Shown in pieces: positions 9,422 through 19,342 of a stretch of DNA of 64,000 bases (position 1 is its first letter; every line of letters begins with the position of its first letter). A model generated the notes under the pieces. The model saw only the letters and a list, made by a program, of their open reading frames with translations, made no database searches and had not been told where the DNA came from. The stretch covers positions 40,342 to 104,341 of the forward strand of contig DASPSR010000021.1 of NCBI GenBank assembly GCA_035623825.1. Direction: 5' to 3'. The stretch is from Nitrospirota bacterium (GTDB lineage Bacteria > Nitrospirota > UBA9217). The position numbers and the translations under genes were made by a program.

Positions 9422-10285
9422 GTGACATTATCCGACGAAAAGATCTCCACAGAGCTCGATTACCTGAGAGAGGAAGTCAAGCGGCTTCGCGCCTCTCTGA
9501 ATATCATGACGCCGCGCATCGATATCCTTCTGAAGCGCCGAGGATTCACGGTCTATAAAAAGGAACCTTCTGATGACCTTCTGACCCCGTCAAAAAAGTA
9601 TCTGAATTCTTATTACCAGATGCTGCACAAGTATTCTTTCAGACTCTTCCTGCGCGACGTGATCAAAAATCAAGGGCTATTCACGCTCGAACAGGTCTCT
9701 AAGTACGCAACCCCCGGCGTAACGAAGGACTATATCGACTACCTCCTTTCCATCAAGTTGGCCAAAAAAAGAGCCCACGTGCATTACCTCACCATGGGCC
9801 CGGTCAAAAGCTTTGGAGAGACGCTCGAATGGTTTATCGCTGAAGTGTTCAAGCGGGAATTCGGCTCAGAGGCGGTCTGGGGTGTAAAGTTTAAGCGACC
9901 GGCGGTCGGAGGCGACTATGATGTGATCGCGAAGTTCAATGGATCGCTCCTGTATACGGAGGTCAAGTCATCTCCGCCCAAGCAGATCTACGACGCAGAG
10001 ATCGCTGCTTTCCTCAACCGAGTAGTCGATCTCTCACCTGAGATTGCAGTCTTTCTGATGGACACCGAGCTCCGGATGAAGGACAAGATCGTTCCCATGT
10101 TTGAGGCCCAACTGGCGAAAAGACATTCCTCGCCTCCCGAAGTAGTACGGATGGAGCGTGAGCTCTTTCACATACAGAACAGAATATTCATCGTCAATGC
10201 GAAGGAAAGCATCATCAGGAACATCGAGAGGGTGCTCTACCGGTATTACAAGGCAAGAGAGACCGCATTGTCAGCCATGCCCTGA
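9422..10285 (+). CDS. hypothetical protein with C-terminal PD-(D/E)xK nuclease-like domain
   Basis: GETLEWFIAE...GGDYDVIA...LLYTEVKS; N-terminal coiled coil; GTG start 12 nt after the thioesterase. Confidence 0.6.
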   Translation: MTLSDEKISTELDYLREEVKRLRASLNIMTPRIDILLKRRGFTVYKKEPSDDLLTPSKKYLNSYYQMLHKYSFRLFLRDVIKNQGLFTLEQVSKYATPGVTKDYIDYLLSIKLAKKRAHVHYLTMGPVKSFGETLEWFIAEVFKREFGSEAVWGVKFKRPAVGGDYDVIAKFNGSLLYTEVKSSPPKQIYDAEIAAFLNRVVDLSPEIAVFLMDTELRMKDKIVPMFEAQLAKRHSSPPEVVRMERELFHIQNRIFIVNAKESIIRNIERVLYRYYKARETALSAMP

Positions 10286-10326
10286 AAGGCCACGAAGGGT
10301 ACAAAAGAGGACACGCCGAGCGGGCG

Positions 10327-11115
10327 CTATTTGCCGCTCTGTCCTTCGTAAACATACCTGCGAAGCACGGCAAGTGCGCTGTCAATTTCCTTCGACCTCG
10401 GGAGCGCTGCGGCAATGCCCTCGATATATCGCCTCGACTCCAGGATTCTCAGAGAGCTTGCGAAGTTGAGATCATAAATCCAAATCAACTGGAGCAATTT
10501 AAAGTCGTTCAAAGTCTTCAGCGCTGACATCCGGATCATCCGCTTGCTCGTCAAGGCTGTCAGGATTTCTGGGGAATATCCGGGGACATCTGGGAGTCCG
10601 AGCCCAACGGCTGATGCTCTTTTTCCCTCCGGCTGCCCGTAGTACTCAATGGCAACTCTCAAGATATCAAGCTTGTCGGCATCACGAACGAGTTTGAGGA
10701 AAAAAAGCATTTCCTGGTCAAGCCCGTTGGGCAGTGAATAGACATTGTGCAAGGTAACTGACCGTAATATAATGTCTCGCTCATGCCGGCGAAGGGCCCG
10801 CAGGACGTTATTCTCTATCAGCACCCGTGCTCCAAGGGACGCGTGATTTATCGAGACGCTGTCTTTGAATGTTTTGTACTTCTGATACTGCAGGAATCGG
10901 CCGATGTCATGGTACAAGGCGATCGTTTCAGCGAGTATGGCTCGCTCTTCGTCGAGCGAAATACCGTGCGCGATCTGCACGGTGTTTTCGCATACACGGG
11001 TAGTGTGTTCCTGTTTGAGGACGATATTTTGCTGGTCTTCCCGAGAGGATGTGTAAAATGACCTGCAGTATTCGGCAAACCAGCGTTTGTGATCATTCAA
11101 TTCGTGTTGGTCCAT
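10327..11115 (-). CDS. HD-domain metal-dependent phosphohydrolase
   Basis: KQEHTTRV, ALYHDIGRF, NHASLG, VRDADKLD. Confidence 0.88.
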   Translation of the reverse strand: MDQHELNDHKRWFAEYCRSFYTSSREDQQNIVLKQEHTTRVCENTVQIAHGISLDEERAILAETIALYHDIGRFLQYQKYKTFKDSVSINHASLGARVLIENNVLRALRRHERDIILRSVTLHNVYSLPNGLDQEMLFFLKLVRDADKLDILRVAIEYYGQPEGKRASAVGLGLPDVPGYSPEILTALTSKRMIRMSALKTLNDFKLLQLIWIYDLNFASSLRILESRRYIEGIAAALPRSKEIDSALAVLRRYVYEGQSGK

Positions 11116-11369
11116 ATGACTGATATCCGAACGCGGTAACTGATTGTACTGTATCGTCATGTTTGCGTCAAGACCGTCCGGGATCCAATTCGGGATCAAA
11201 GCGGATGACCGTCAATTGGTCTCAGCATGGCTGGCGAGTCGTGCTCGGCAGGGGCTTACAGGCAGGAAATCAATGGCCTGTTTGAGGATGCCTTGAAAAA
11301 GACTGAATTTATGATAAAGTTGAGTCAAACGAATGCGTAAAATGAAAGGGTCGTTAGGAGAAGCCCGTC

Positions 11370-11729
11370 ATGTTCATACGAAACCTGAAAGACTGCACAG
11401 AATTCGTTGCAGGAGACAACAGTGTCCTTCGGGAGATCCTCCACCCGGACAAGGCTGACCTCAAGCTCCGTTACAGCCTTGCACACGCGAGAGTGAGGCC
11501 CGGTCAGACCACGAAGCCGCACCGGCTCAAAACCTCCGAGGTCTACTATATCATGGAGGGTGAAGGGGTCATGCATATCGACAGCGAGACCGGGATCGTG
11601 CGCCCCGGCTCGACGGTTTATATCCCTCCGAAGACGACACAGTTTATCAGCAATACCGGCAAGATGGATATTGTCTTTCTCTGCATCGTTGATCCGGCTT
11701 GGCGTCAGGAAGATGAAGAGGTATTTTGA
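11370..11729 (+). CDS. cupin domain protein
   Basis: PHRLKTSEVYYIMEGEG..PGSTVYIPP..ISNTG; AGGAG RBS. Confidence 0.88.
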   Translation: MFIRNLKDCTEFVAGDNSVLREILHPDKADLKLRYSLAHARVRPGQTTKPHRLKTSEVYYIMEGEGVMHIDSETGIVRPGSTVYIPPKTTQFISNTGKMDIVFLCIVDPAWRQEDEEVF

Positions 11730-11922
11730 CGCTGAACGCAAGATGAGATAGTGACTAGGAGGCCGCGGCGAGCATCTTGATTATTCTCGCACATCCAACC
11801 TAAGCGAACGTCAATAATTCCGCCGCGGATATATATAAAAAACCCTACGGACATCGATTGCCGCATCCGCGTTTTTTACATGAAAAAAGGGAATATTCCT
11901 ACTTGATAAAAGCGAGAAGAAT

Positions 11923-12777
11923 ATGGAGATAGTCCGGTTAAAAAATAAAATGATAGCAAAGGTCATCACTCGTTTCCCGTCGCTGGCGAAGATGTTTATA
12001 CGCTCCCACGATCCGTGGGAATCCGAAGACGTCCCGTGGACACCGGTGACGAAGTCTCTGGATGAGTCGAAGGTCGCCATTGTCACAACAGCGGGCGTTC
12101 ATCATAAAGACCAGACTCCATTCGACATGGGTGATCCGGACGGCGACCCTTCATATCGGATCATCGACATCCAAAAAAAGGTATCAAACCTAATGATCAC
12201 GCACGATTACTATGACCATTCCGATGCCGACCGGGACATTAATATTGTCTTTCCCATCCAAAGGCTGCAAGAGTTCGAGAAAGAAGGAGTGATTGGTCGC
12301 ATGGCGAATATCCATTACAGTTTTATGGGGCATATAACAGACAGGCATATCCTTACGCTTATCAGTAGTACCGCGCCAGAGGTCGCGCGAAGACTGATGG
12401 AGGATAACGTCGATGCCGTCCTGCTGACGCCCGGGTGAGGCATATGCAACCAGTCCGTGGGACTCATACAGAGGGAAATTGAACGGAAGGGGATCCCGAC
12501 AGTCGGGATATCGATCGTGCGTGAATACTCTCGGAAGGTCAAGCCTCCAAGAACAATTTTTTTGAAATGGCCGTTCGGCCATCCCCTCGGCGAGCCGTTT
12601 CAAACTGCACAACAGCGGACTGTACTGGCGGAGGCATTTCAGGCTCTATACTCAATACATGAACCGGGGTCGATCATAGATATCCCTTTTCGATGGAAAA
12701 GAGAGAAATATCTCGATGAAGTTGCGGACATACTTCGCAAGCAGGCCCGAAATAATCCCAGTGAATATTTCGAATGA
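11923..12777 (+). CDS. selenoprotein of the proline/glycine reductase selenoprotein B (PrdB/GrdB) family, 284 aa with Sec at codon 172
   Basis: ORFs 11923-12438 and 12457-12777 are in the same frame, joined by one TGA (12436-38). Read-through gives VLLTPG-U-GICNQSVGLIQREIERKGIPTV (UxxC). Family motifs VAIVTTAGV, DRDINIVFPI, FGHPLGEP. Confidence 0.85.
12443..12468 (+). promoter_or_regulatory. bacterial SECIS-like stem-loop
   Basis: TATG-caacc-AGTCC-GTG-GGACT-CATA; the apical loop starts with G, 18 nt after the UGA. Confidence 0.65.
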
Positions 12778-13004
12778 CAACGAGCATAGCTCCAAGCCGC
12801 GCCTGCGGGGACGGACGACAAGCAAATACCGCGGCTAGTGTTCATCAATGGAACTCACGATTAGCAACTATGACATCTCTGATAGAAACAACGGTGTGTT
12901 CGTCATCTTCCGCTCTGCAGAGCAACTTGCCCCAAACGAGATATCCGTTCTAAGTGCGCGTTCAGCGAGACGGTCCGTCTGACAGCGCGGTGTGTTAGCG
13001 AGCG

Positions 13005-14828
13005 CTAAGTCTTCCCCAGCCTGGAAGCCAGTCGCGTGGTCTCGTTCAGCAGATTCTCGACCTCATCCAGCCCCTTGTTCCAGAATGCTCTATCGGCGAT
13101 GTCAATCCCGAGCCTGCTGAAAGTGTTCTTTGGAGAGTCGGACAGCCCGGCGGACAGAAATTCCTTTACCTTATTGATAAACGCTGGATCTTTATTCACT
13201 TCCCTCTGGAGGGACTTGGATATCAAAAGACCGCTTGCGTAAGAATAGACATAGAAGAAGTACCGGATATGATGCCAGTAGACCCACCAGTTTTCCGAGC
13301 CTGGGGACTGTTCAACCGCGGGCCCCATGTAAGCCGCCATGTGCTTCTGGAAGATCCTCCCGATCTCTTTCTTTGACAGATATCCTTTCCTCCCGAACTC
13401 GCCATGCAAATCCTGTTCAAACCGGTAGCAGGCGACTTGGCGGAATATGGACGAGACGTCGTCGTTCACCTTTGCCATCATGACGGCAAGCCGCAGTTCA
13501 TCGTCGGCCTCGCGTAGTATCTCCTTAAGCACGAAGTCCTCCATGAACGTACTCGCGACCTCGGCCGTGGAAGTAGGCGTGCCGAAATCAAGGGCGTGCC
13601 GTTTTTCTTTGATAAGCTCGTTGTTGATGCCGTGTCCCACTTCGTGCGCAATGGTCAGGACATCGTGCAACTTACCTGTGTGGTTGAGGAGGATGTATGT
13701 GGGCTGTGTGATGAGATGATGAATGCAGAATGCGCCGCTGTCCTTACTCTTCCTGGGGAACACATCGATCTGTCCGTTCTCTATGAATCCGGTAAAGATA
13801 TCGGCAAACTGACGGTCGAGCTTGTTCATCGCCCTAAGGACGATATTTATTGATTTTCCATAGGGATAGTGCTTGGCTACCTCTCCGTACTCAACGTTCC
13901 TTTCATGATAGGCTAATTTATTAACCTTGAATAGTTTAGCCTTGAGCTTATAGTACCGGGTGGAGATAGCGAACCGCCTCGACACGGCATCAATGAGGGC
14001 ATATACGACCTCGCTTTCAATATCATCGCTCAGATGCCGGAGACTGTCCGGCCGTGGAGCGCCGCGGAGTTCGTCGTCGATTTTCTTGTTCGCAAGCACG
14101 GAATTGAGCTCGGCCTCGGCTACGTCGACGTGCCTGTGCAGTATGTCATTAAAGGCGTCGGCGGCGGATTCGCGTGTCCTCTTTTTCCTGCTGTTCATGA
14201 GACTGATTATCTCTGCAAATGGCCGGACCCTCTTCCTGCCGTCCTCCGTGATGACGGGACGTTCTTCCCTTGCGAGGAAACCGGCGGTCATTTTGGTCCA
14301 ATTCGCGTATGAGGTAGCGGACTTGAGGTTCAGGATTTTCTCCTCAGGCTCGCTCAAGTTGTAGCGGGATTCGGCGAATACCCGTTCCAGAAAATGGCGA
14401 TATGGCTTGAGGGCGTCATGCTCCAGAAATTTCTTCTGATCCTCCCGTTTGATGCCAGCTATGCGCAGGCGGAAGAACTGGCTGTCGTTGTCTATCTTCT
14501 TGCTGAATTCCTCGATCTTGTTGAACCGGGCTTTGAGCTTTGGATCGTTCTGGTCCTGCCGGGTGCGGAGCCAGAAGTAATACCCCTCATCGCCGTCCGT
14601 ACCGTACCTCCGCTTCCAAGCTTCATAGGAGTCCAGCGCCTGACGGAGAGTCACGGGATCTTCAAGATAGTCGGTACGATCTTTCCAAGCGCTGATGAAC
14701 TTATAGCTCTCCTGTGCGAGAGATTTGCGCTTTTCTTTCATGCGAAGGTCGCTGTCGCCTAAGAAGAGGGGTTTCAGGTTCCAGACGAGCTGTTTTATGT
14801 CCAATCCCTTTTTGTGTGAACAAGGCAT
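13005..14828 (-). CDS. pepF: oligoendopeptidase F (M3B zinc metallopeptidase)
   Basis: KDSGAFC, LTIAHEVGH, AEVASTFME, W..WHHI..FYVYSYA. Confidence 0.88.
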   Translation of the reverse strand: MPCSHKKGLDIKQLVWNLKPLFLGDSDLRMKEKRKSLAQESYKFISAWKDRTDYLEDPVTLRQALDSYEAWKRRYGTDGDEGYYFWLRTRQDQNDPKLKARFNKIEEFSKKIDNDSQFFRLRIAGIKREDQKKFLEHDALKPYRHFLERVFAESRYNLSEPEEKILNLKSATSYANWTKMTAGFLAREERPVITEDGRKRVRPFAEIISLMNSRKKRTRESAADAFNDILHRHVDVAEAELNSVLANKKIDDELRGAPRPDSLRHLSDDIESEVVYALIDAVSRRFAISTRYYKLKAKLFKVNKLAYHERNVEYGEVAKHYPYGKSINIVLRAMNKLDRQFADIFTGFIENGQIDVFPRKSKDSGAFCIHHLITQPTYILLNHTGKLHDVLTIAHEVGHGINNELIKEKRHALDFGTPTSTAEVASTFMEDFVLKEILREADDELRLAVMMAKVNDDVSSIFRQVACYRFEQDLHGEFGRKGYLSKKEIGRIFQKHMAAYMGPAVEQSPGSENWWVYWHHIRYFFYVYSYASGLLISKSLQREVNKDPAFINKVKEFLSAGLSDSPKNTFSRLGIDIADRAFWNKGLDEVENLLNETTRLASRLGKT

Positions 14829-14953
14829 TGTGCTACCTCCTTACCGGGAACGTCTGACAGTCCGCTTTCTGAGCTGCTCAGGTCTCTTTCCATGAGTCCG
14901 CCGAGCTTCCTATCTCCCTTTTACGACTTTCTCTCTTGTTCAAAAATTAACGC

Positions 14954-14982
14954 TTGACTTTTATGCTTAACTATGTAATTAT
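14954..14982 (+). promoter_or_regulatory. sigma70 promoter for the cold-shock gene
   Basis: TTGACT at 14954 with an AT-rich TGTAATTAT -10 region 14-17 bp downstream. Confidence 0.5.
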
Positions 14983-15015
14983 TCTCCTGAAGTTCGGAAG
15001 TCTTTGTTGTGAGAG

Positions 15016-15050
15016 AAGCCGCAAAGATTGTACGCTTTGCGGTTTTTTTT
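15016..15050 (+). terminator. intrinsic terminator/attenuator within the csp 5' leader
   Basis: GCCGCAAAG-attgtacg-CTTTGCGGT followed by a T tract (8 T in total), 50 nt before the ATG. Confidence 0.7.
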
Positions 15051-15100
15051 GTGACATTGTCCGCAATCTTCACTAATCTACAGAAGGAGGTTCAACCTGA

Positions 15101-15301
15101 ATGGCAAAAGGTACCGTTAAATGGTTCAATGATTCCAAGGGTTTTGGATTCATTACCAAAGAAGAGGGCGGAGATGTTTTTGTCCACTTTTCCGACATCC
15201 AGGACAGCGGCTTTAAGTCTCTGGCCGAAGGTCAGAATGTGACGTTTGACGTTGTTGACAGCCCCAAAGGCCCAAAAGCAGCTAATGTCGTAAAACTTTA
15301 A
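15101..15301 (+). CDS. cspA: cold-shock protein
   Basis: [11 protein letters not shown]1 KGFGFI, RNP2 VFVHF; AAGGAGG RBS. Confidence 0.97.
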   Translation: MAKGTVKWFNDSKGFGFITKEEGGDVFVHFSDIQDSGFKSLAEGQNVTFDVVDSPKGPKAANVVKL

Positions 15302-15318
15302 ATTAAACCTAACCTCTC

Positions 15319-15360
15319 AATAGGCAGACCCCCCACGAATCGGGGCCTGCCTATTCTTTT
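15319..15360 (+). terminator. intrinsic terminator between convergent cspA and tpx
   Basis: AATAGGCAG-ACCCC...GGGGC-CTGCCTATT then CTTTT. Confidence 0.7.
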
Positions 15361-15387
15361 ATCCTCCTGCATGCAGCAACTCCTGCC

Positions 15388-15921
15388 TCACGCAACCTTG
15401 ACCATTCCAATAGTTCTATTAAGTGCTTCGAACACCTTTTCGTAGTTGGGGTGGTCGGTCTGCTCAGGAACAATCTCTTTGTACCGCAGGATGTTGTCCT
15501 TGTCGATGATAAAGATCGATCTTGCGAGAAGCCGCAGCTCTTTGATCAAGACGCCGTAGGCCGTGCCAAAGGATGCATCCCGATGGTTCGACAGCGCTTT
15601 TACCCGATCGATCGCCGCTACGGTGCAGAAGCGCGAAATCGCAAATGGAAGATCCATGCTGACGTTCAGCACCACTACATCAGCCGGCAGCGACGCCGCC
15701 TCATGGTTGAAACGCCGAGCCTGCAGATCGCAGACCGGAGTATCAAGCGACGGTGTTACGCTGATTACCTTCGTCTTCCCACTGAAATCCCGCAGCTTCA
15801 CATCGAGGAGTTCACCGCTCAGAACGGTAAAGTCCGGGACCCTGTCTCCGACCTTGAGGTCTGGCCCGAGCAAGCTAAGGGGCTTCCCTTTCATAGTTAT
15901 GATACCCTTTCTTTCCTCCAT
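15388..15921 (-). CDS. tpx: thiol peroxidase (Tpx peroxiredoxin)
   Basis: PSLDTPVC, SMDLPFAISRFC, RLLARSIF. Confidence 0.95.
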   Translation of the reverse strand: MEERKGIITMKGKPLSLLGPDLKVGDRVPDFTVLSGELLDVKLRDFSGKTKVISVTPSLDTPVCDLQARRFNHEAASLPADVVVLNVSMDLPFAISRFCTVAAIDRVKALSNHRDASFGTAYGVLIKELRLLARSIFIIDKDNILRYKEIVPEQTDHPNYEKVFEALNRTIGMVKVA

Positions 15922-16301
15922 ATGTGCCGCCTCCTTCCGACAATTTTATCTTAAAATCCTCTTGCGATATCCGGATGTCATCAATTTACGACGACAGTGC
16001 CTCTTCCGGCTGCAGTCTAATCCGAATTCGCAGCCACATGTCTTCCGCAAACAAGGATACCCTTTAATTAAGATAGAACATATCCTGTATAATGTCAAGG
16101 ATTGCGTCTTATCTCTGCTTGGTATCGTGAAGCCATTGTGAGGGGAATGCGTTCAGCACCACGATAGGCAAAATTCAAGTAGGACAAAGGTCGCAGAGAA
16201 AAACCAAGCCCGTACAGGAAAACGTCCACATGCCATGGTCATCTCAGAGGACCGCGCTTTTTTGCTTTTACTGCCTTATTCGTCATGGTATACTTCACCG
16301 C

Positions 16302-17828
16302 ATGATTAAGGACATGATTCCTCTCGATAAGATCCTGAAAGAAAGAGCTGCCTTGAATCCCCGTAGGACATTTGTAAAATTCAAAGGGGGAAAATATTCT
16401 TTTCGAGAAATGGACCGCCTTGCTGATGTGTTCTCATCGTTCCTTACAAAGCGGGGCATGCGCTCTGGCGACCGGGTGGCCATTCTTTCCCATAATTGTG
16501 CACTCTATATCGCCTCATATTTCGGCATCATCAGGAGCGGTGCGGTCGTTCTGCCGCTCAACAACCTCTTGACCCATGAAGAGCTTGATTATATTCTCAG
16601 CGATGCAGGAGCTAGATTATGCTTTTATGACCTAGATTGCCGTGGTACTGTGGACCGGCTTGTCAAAAAAGGCGACCGAACATTCGTGATGCTGAGTGAA
16701 GTCGCTGCGTCCTCAGACGTCGCAGCAGCGATCCCGTCGGCCCACACCGTCGATGATATTTCGACCATTCTCTATACCTCGGGAACAACGGGCCGGCCGA
16801 AGGGGGCGCTCCTCACACACCGCAATTTCATCACCAATGCCCGTGCTGCCACCGATATCATTCATGTGACGAACAAGGATCGGCTCATCGTATTCCTGCC
16901 GCTGTTCCACTCATTCACCTACACGGTCTGTGTCATCTTACCGCTCCTCGTCGGTGCGAGGATAGCCATCCTGCCCTCAGTACGGCCCTTCTCCCAGGTG
17001 GTGAAGAGCCTCATCATCGACCGGATCACGATCCTTGTGGCGATCCCAACCGTTTATAAAATACTTGCTGAAAAGGACATGCCACGCCTCGTCAAGTTCC
17101 TGCTGAACCTGCGGCTCTGTGTCTCCGGTGCGGCGCCGCTCCCGGTTAACGTCGTTCACAACTTCGAACGTGCGTTCAAGGTGCCGCTTCTCCAAGGGTA
17201 CGGTCTCACCGAGGCGTCACCCATTGTCTCGATCAACCCGCTCGAGCCCGGCAGGAACAAGCCAGGCACGGTCGGTCTGCCGCTGCCTGGTCTGGAAGTG
17301 AAAGTAATAGATGACGAAGGGAACACATTGTCGCCTGATATCCCCGGCGAACTGGCTGTGAAAGGGCCAAGCGTCATGCAGGGTTACCTGAATCGCCCCG
17401 AAGAGACGGCGCAAACAATTAAGGACGGATGGCTTCACACGGGCGATATCGCCTCCATCGACGGCGAGGGATATATCAAGATCATCGACCGCAAGAAAGA
17501 TATGATCATCGTCGACGGCCTAAATGTGTATCCCTATGAGGTTGAAGAAGTCCTGTGCCGGCACCCGGCTATCAAGGATTGCGCCATGATCGGCGTGGCT
17601 CATGAACACGATGAAGGGAAGGAATTGGCAATTATGTATATTGTCCAGCAGGACGGACACTCAATCACCCCCAAGGCGTTACGGGAGTATCTCTCCGAGT
17701 ACGTCGCGCATTATAAGATTCCGCGCAGATTCATCATGGTTCAGGACCTTCCCCGGACCGCGACGGGAAAGATCCTGAAGCGTGAGATCAGAGAGATGTA
17801 TAAGGAAAAGAACCGACCCGTTTCATAA
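16302..17828 (+). CDS. long-chain fatty acid--CoA ligase (ANL adenylation family)
   Basis: YTSGTTGRPKG, QGYGLTE, GWLHTGD, DRKKDMI, PRTATGK; start codon uncertain (16302 or 16314). Confidence 0.88.
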   Translation: MIKDMIPLDKILKERAALNPRRTFVKFKGGKYSFREMDRLADVFSSFLTKRGMRSGDRVAILSHNCALYIASYFGIIRSGAVVLPLNNLLTHEELDYILSDAGARLCFYDLDCRGTVDRLVKKGDRTFVMLSEVAASSDVAAAIPSAHTVDDISTILYTSGTTGRPKGALLTHRNFITNARAATDIIHVTNKDRLIVFLPLFHSFTYTVCVILPLLVGARIAILPSVRPFSQVVKSLIIDRITILVAIPTVYKILAEKDMPRLVKFLLNLRLCVSGAAPLPVNVVHNFERAFKVPLLQGYGLTEASPIVSINPLEPGRNKPGTVGLPLPGLEVKVIDDEGNTLSPDIPGELAVKGPSVMQGYLNRPEETAQTIKDGWLHTGDIASIDGEGYIKIIDRKKDMIIVDGLNVYPYEVEEVLCRHPAIKDCAMIGVAHEHDEGKELAIMYIVQQDGHSITPKALREYLSEYVAHYKIPRRFIMVQDLPRTATGKILKREIREMYKEKNRPVS

Positions 17829-17852
17829 AAGAGATGCCAACTTGCTCAAATT

Positions 17853-18656
17853 ATGAAAGCCAACCTCCCGATCCAGCCCCCGCCACGCTCATCGCTCTCT
17901 GGAACCATAGTCATAACCGTTAACGTCCTTCTCCTCTCGGTTATTCCGTTTTCATTCCGCACAAGTCCCTGGGCAGTCGCCCTCGCAGTTCTACTCATCG
18001 TTGTCGCCGCCCGCATCAGGGAGATGCAAGCGTTTCACATTGCGTTGTTCACCGCTGCACTCACCACCATGCCTTTTCTGCATTCGTCATTTCGCAACTG
18101 GCCCTGCAATCTTTTGATACCTATCATTGTCTATTTCGGCGTTGTCCTTGCCATTCCGCTTTATCGCAAATCCCTGCTGTGGCTGCGCGCCGGTCGTTTC
18201 GGAGAAGACAGCCTGCGCCTCGTGATGGCAACAGCCGTAGCTTCGGGTGTTGCTCTTTATATCTGGTATCGGACCCAGGATCCTGACCTCTCAAGGCATC
18301 TTAAATATATGCCGGACGTACCTGCATGGCTTTATCCTCTCGTGGGGCTGGGATTTTCAGTGTTCAACGCTGCGATGGAAGAATTTGTGTTTCGCGGCGT
18401 GGTCATGCAGGCACTTGACAGCGCCTTTGGGCCCGATGGTCTCTCAGTTGCGATCCAAGCGTGGCTTTTCGGCGCCGGGCATTATCGTGAGGGGTTCCCG
18501 AATGGCGGGTGGGGGCTCGGCATGACCTGCGTCTACGGGATCATGCTTGGAACGATTCGCCGCCGCTCGCAGGGTATGTTCGCACCCTGGCTCGCACACG
18601 TCTGTGCGGACATGGTAATTTTCGTGATCCTTGCAGGAATTGTATTGCGATGGTGA
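17853..18656 (+). CDS. CPBP (CAAX/Abi) intramembrane metalloprotease
   Basis: Multiple TM helices; EEFVFRG, FGAGH, HVCAD motifs. Confidence 0.88.
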   Translation: MKANLPIQPPPRSSLSGTIVITVNVLLLSVIPFSFRTSPWAVALAVLLIVVAARIREMQAFHIALFTAALTTMPFLHSSFRNWPCNLLIPIIVYFGVVLAIPLYRKSLLWLRAGRFGEDSLRLVMATAVASGVALYIWYRTQDPDLSRHLKYMPDVPAWLYPLVGLGFSVFNAAMEEFVFRGVVMQALDSAFGPDGLSVAIQAWLFGAGHYREGFPNGGWGLGMTCVYGIMLGTIRRRSQGMFAPWLAHVCADMVIFVILAGIVLRW

Positions 18657-18859
18657 GTGGACCAAGACCGTAGGGCGCGACTGATGGTCAAGGATTTTCG
18701 ACTTGACTTTGCCGGACATACTGCGTTAATGGAACCACTATCCGCAAAAGCAGTCGCTCGCACGAATGGGTCAACGTGCCTACGAGAGCACAATGAAAGA
18801 AGTCCGCCTATTTCTCAACCCCCATAACGCCGGCAAGGGGTGCCACGCTCTCCCGGATC

Positions 18860-19342
18860 TTAATGCTGCACTTCCGTCGCTGTGCTTTTTGACGCCGGCG
18901 CAGGAGGGGCCGGTCTCTCCAAGCTCCTTTTAGCTTCCTTCGCGCTCTTACCCGCAGGAGTGGCTGGGGGCGCCGAGGCCTTTTCTTGTTCAGGAGACGA
19001 CGCCTGCTGAGCCTTTATTACTCGTGTTATCCTTGGGTCATCGATGAAGGGCCTGTACTTCTCCAGCGTAAATTCAACCTCGTCTTTCTCATTGACGAGT
19101 AGGTTGACCTCATCCCCCTTCTTTGTGAAGGTAGCAAGTAGCGCCCCCTGAGAGGTATCCACCGTCAAGAGAAGATCATTTCCTTTCTTCTCCTTCGCCA
19201 GAACAGTTCCTTTGACTACAGATTCCTTCCACATCAGCGAGTCCGGGATGTAAGGACGAACATATTTCGGAAGAAAGATCGTGCACAGAACACCGATTGC
19301 GATTCCGAAGACGAAGGGGAACATTCTGGACTGCTTATGCAT
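18860..19342 (-). CDS. hypothetical protein with N-terminal TM helix and Pro/Ala/Lys-rich tail
   Basis: AAGGAG RBS, hydrophobic N-terminus, beta-rich core. Confidence 0.7.
   Translation of the reverse strand: MHKQSRMFPFVFGIAIGVLCTIFLPKYVRPYIPDSLMWKESVVKGTVLAKEKKGNDLLLTVDTSQGALLATFTKKGDEVNLLVNEKDEVEFTLEKYRPFIDDPRITRVIKAQQASSPEQEKASAPPATPAGKSAKEAKRSLERPAPPAPASKSTATEVQH

Noticed and set aside
12457-12777. Separate 106-aa gene as listed in the ORF track
   Set aside because: Its GTG start is the SECIS loop; it is better explained as the C-terminal part of the selenoprotein
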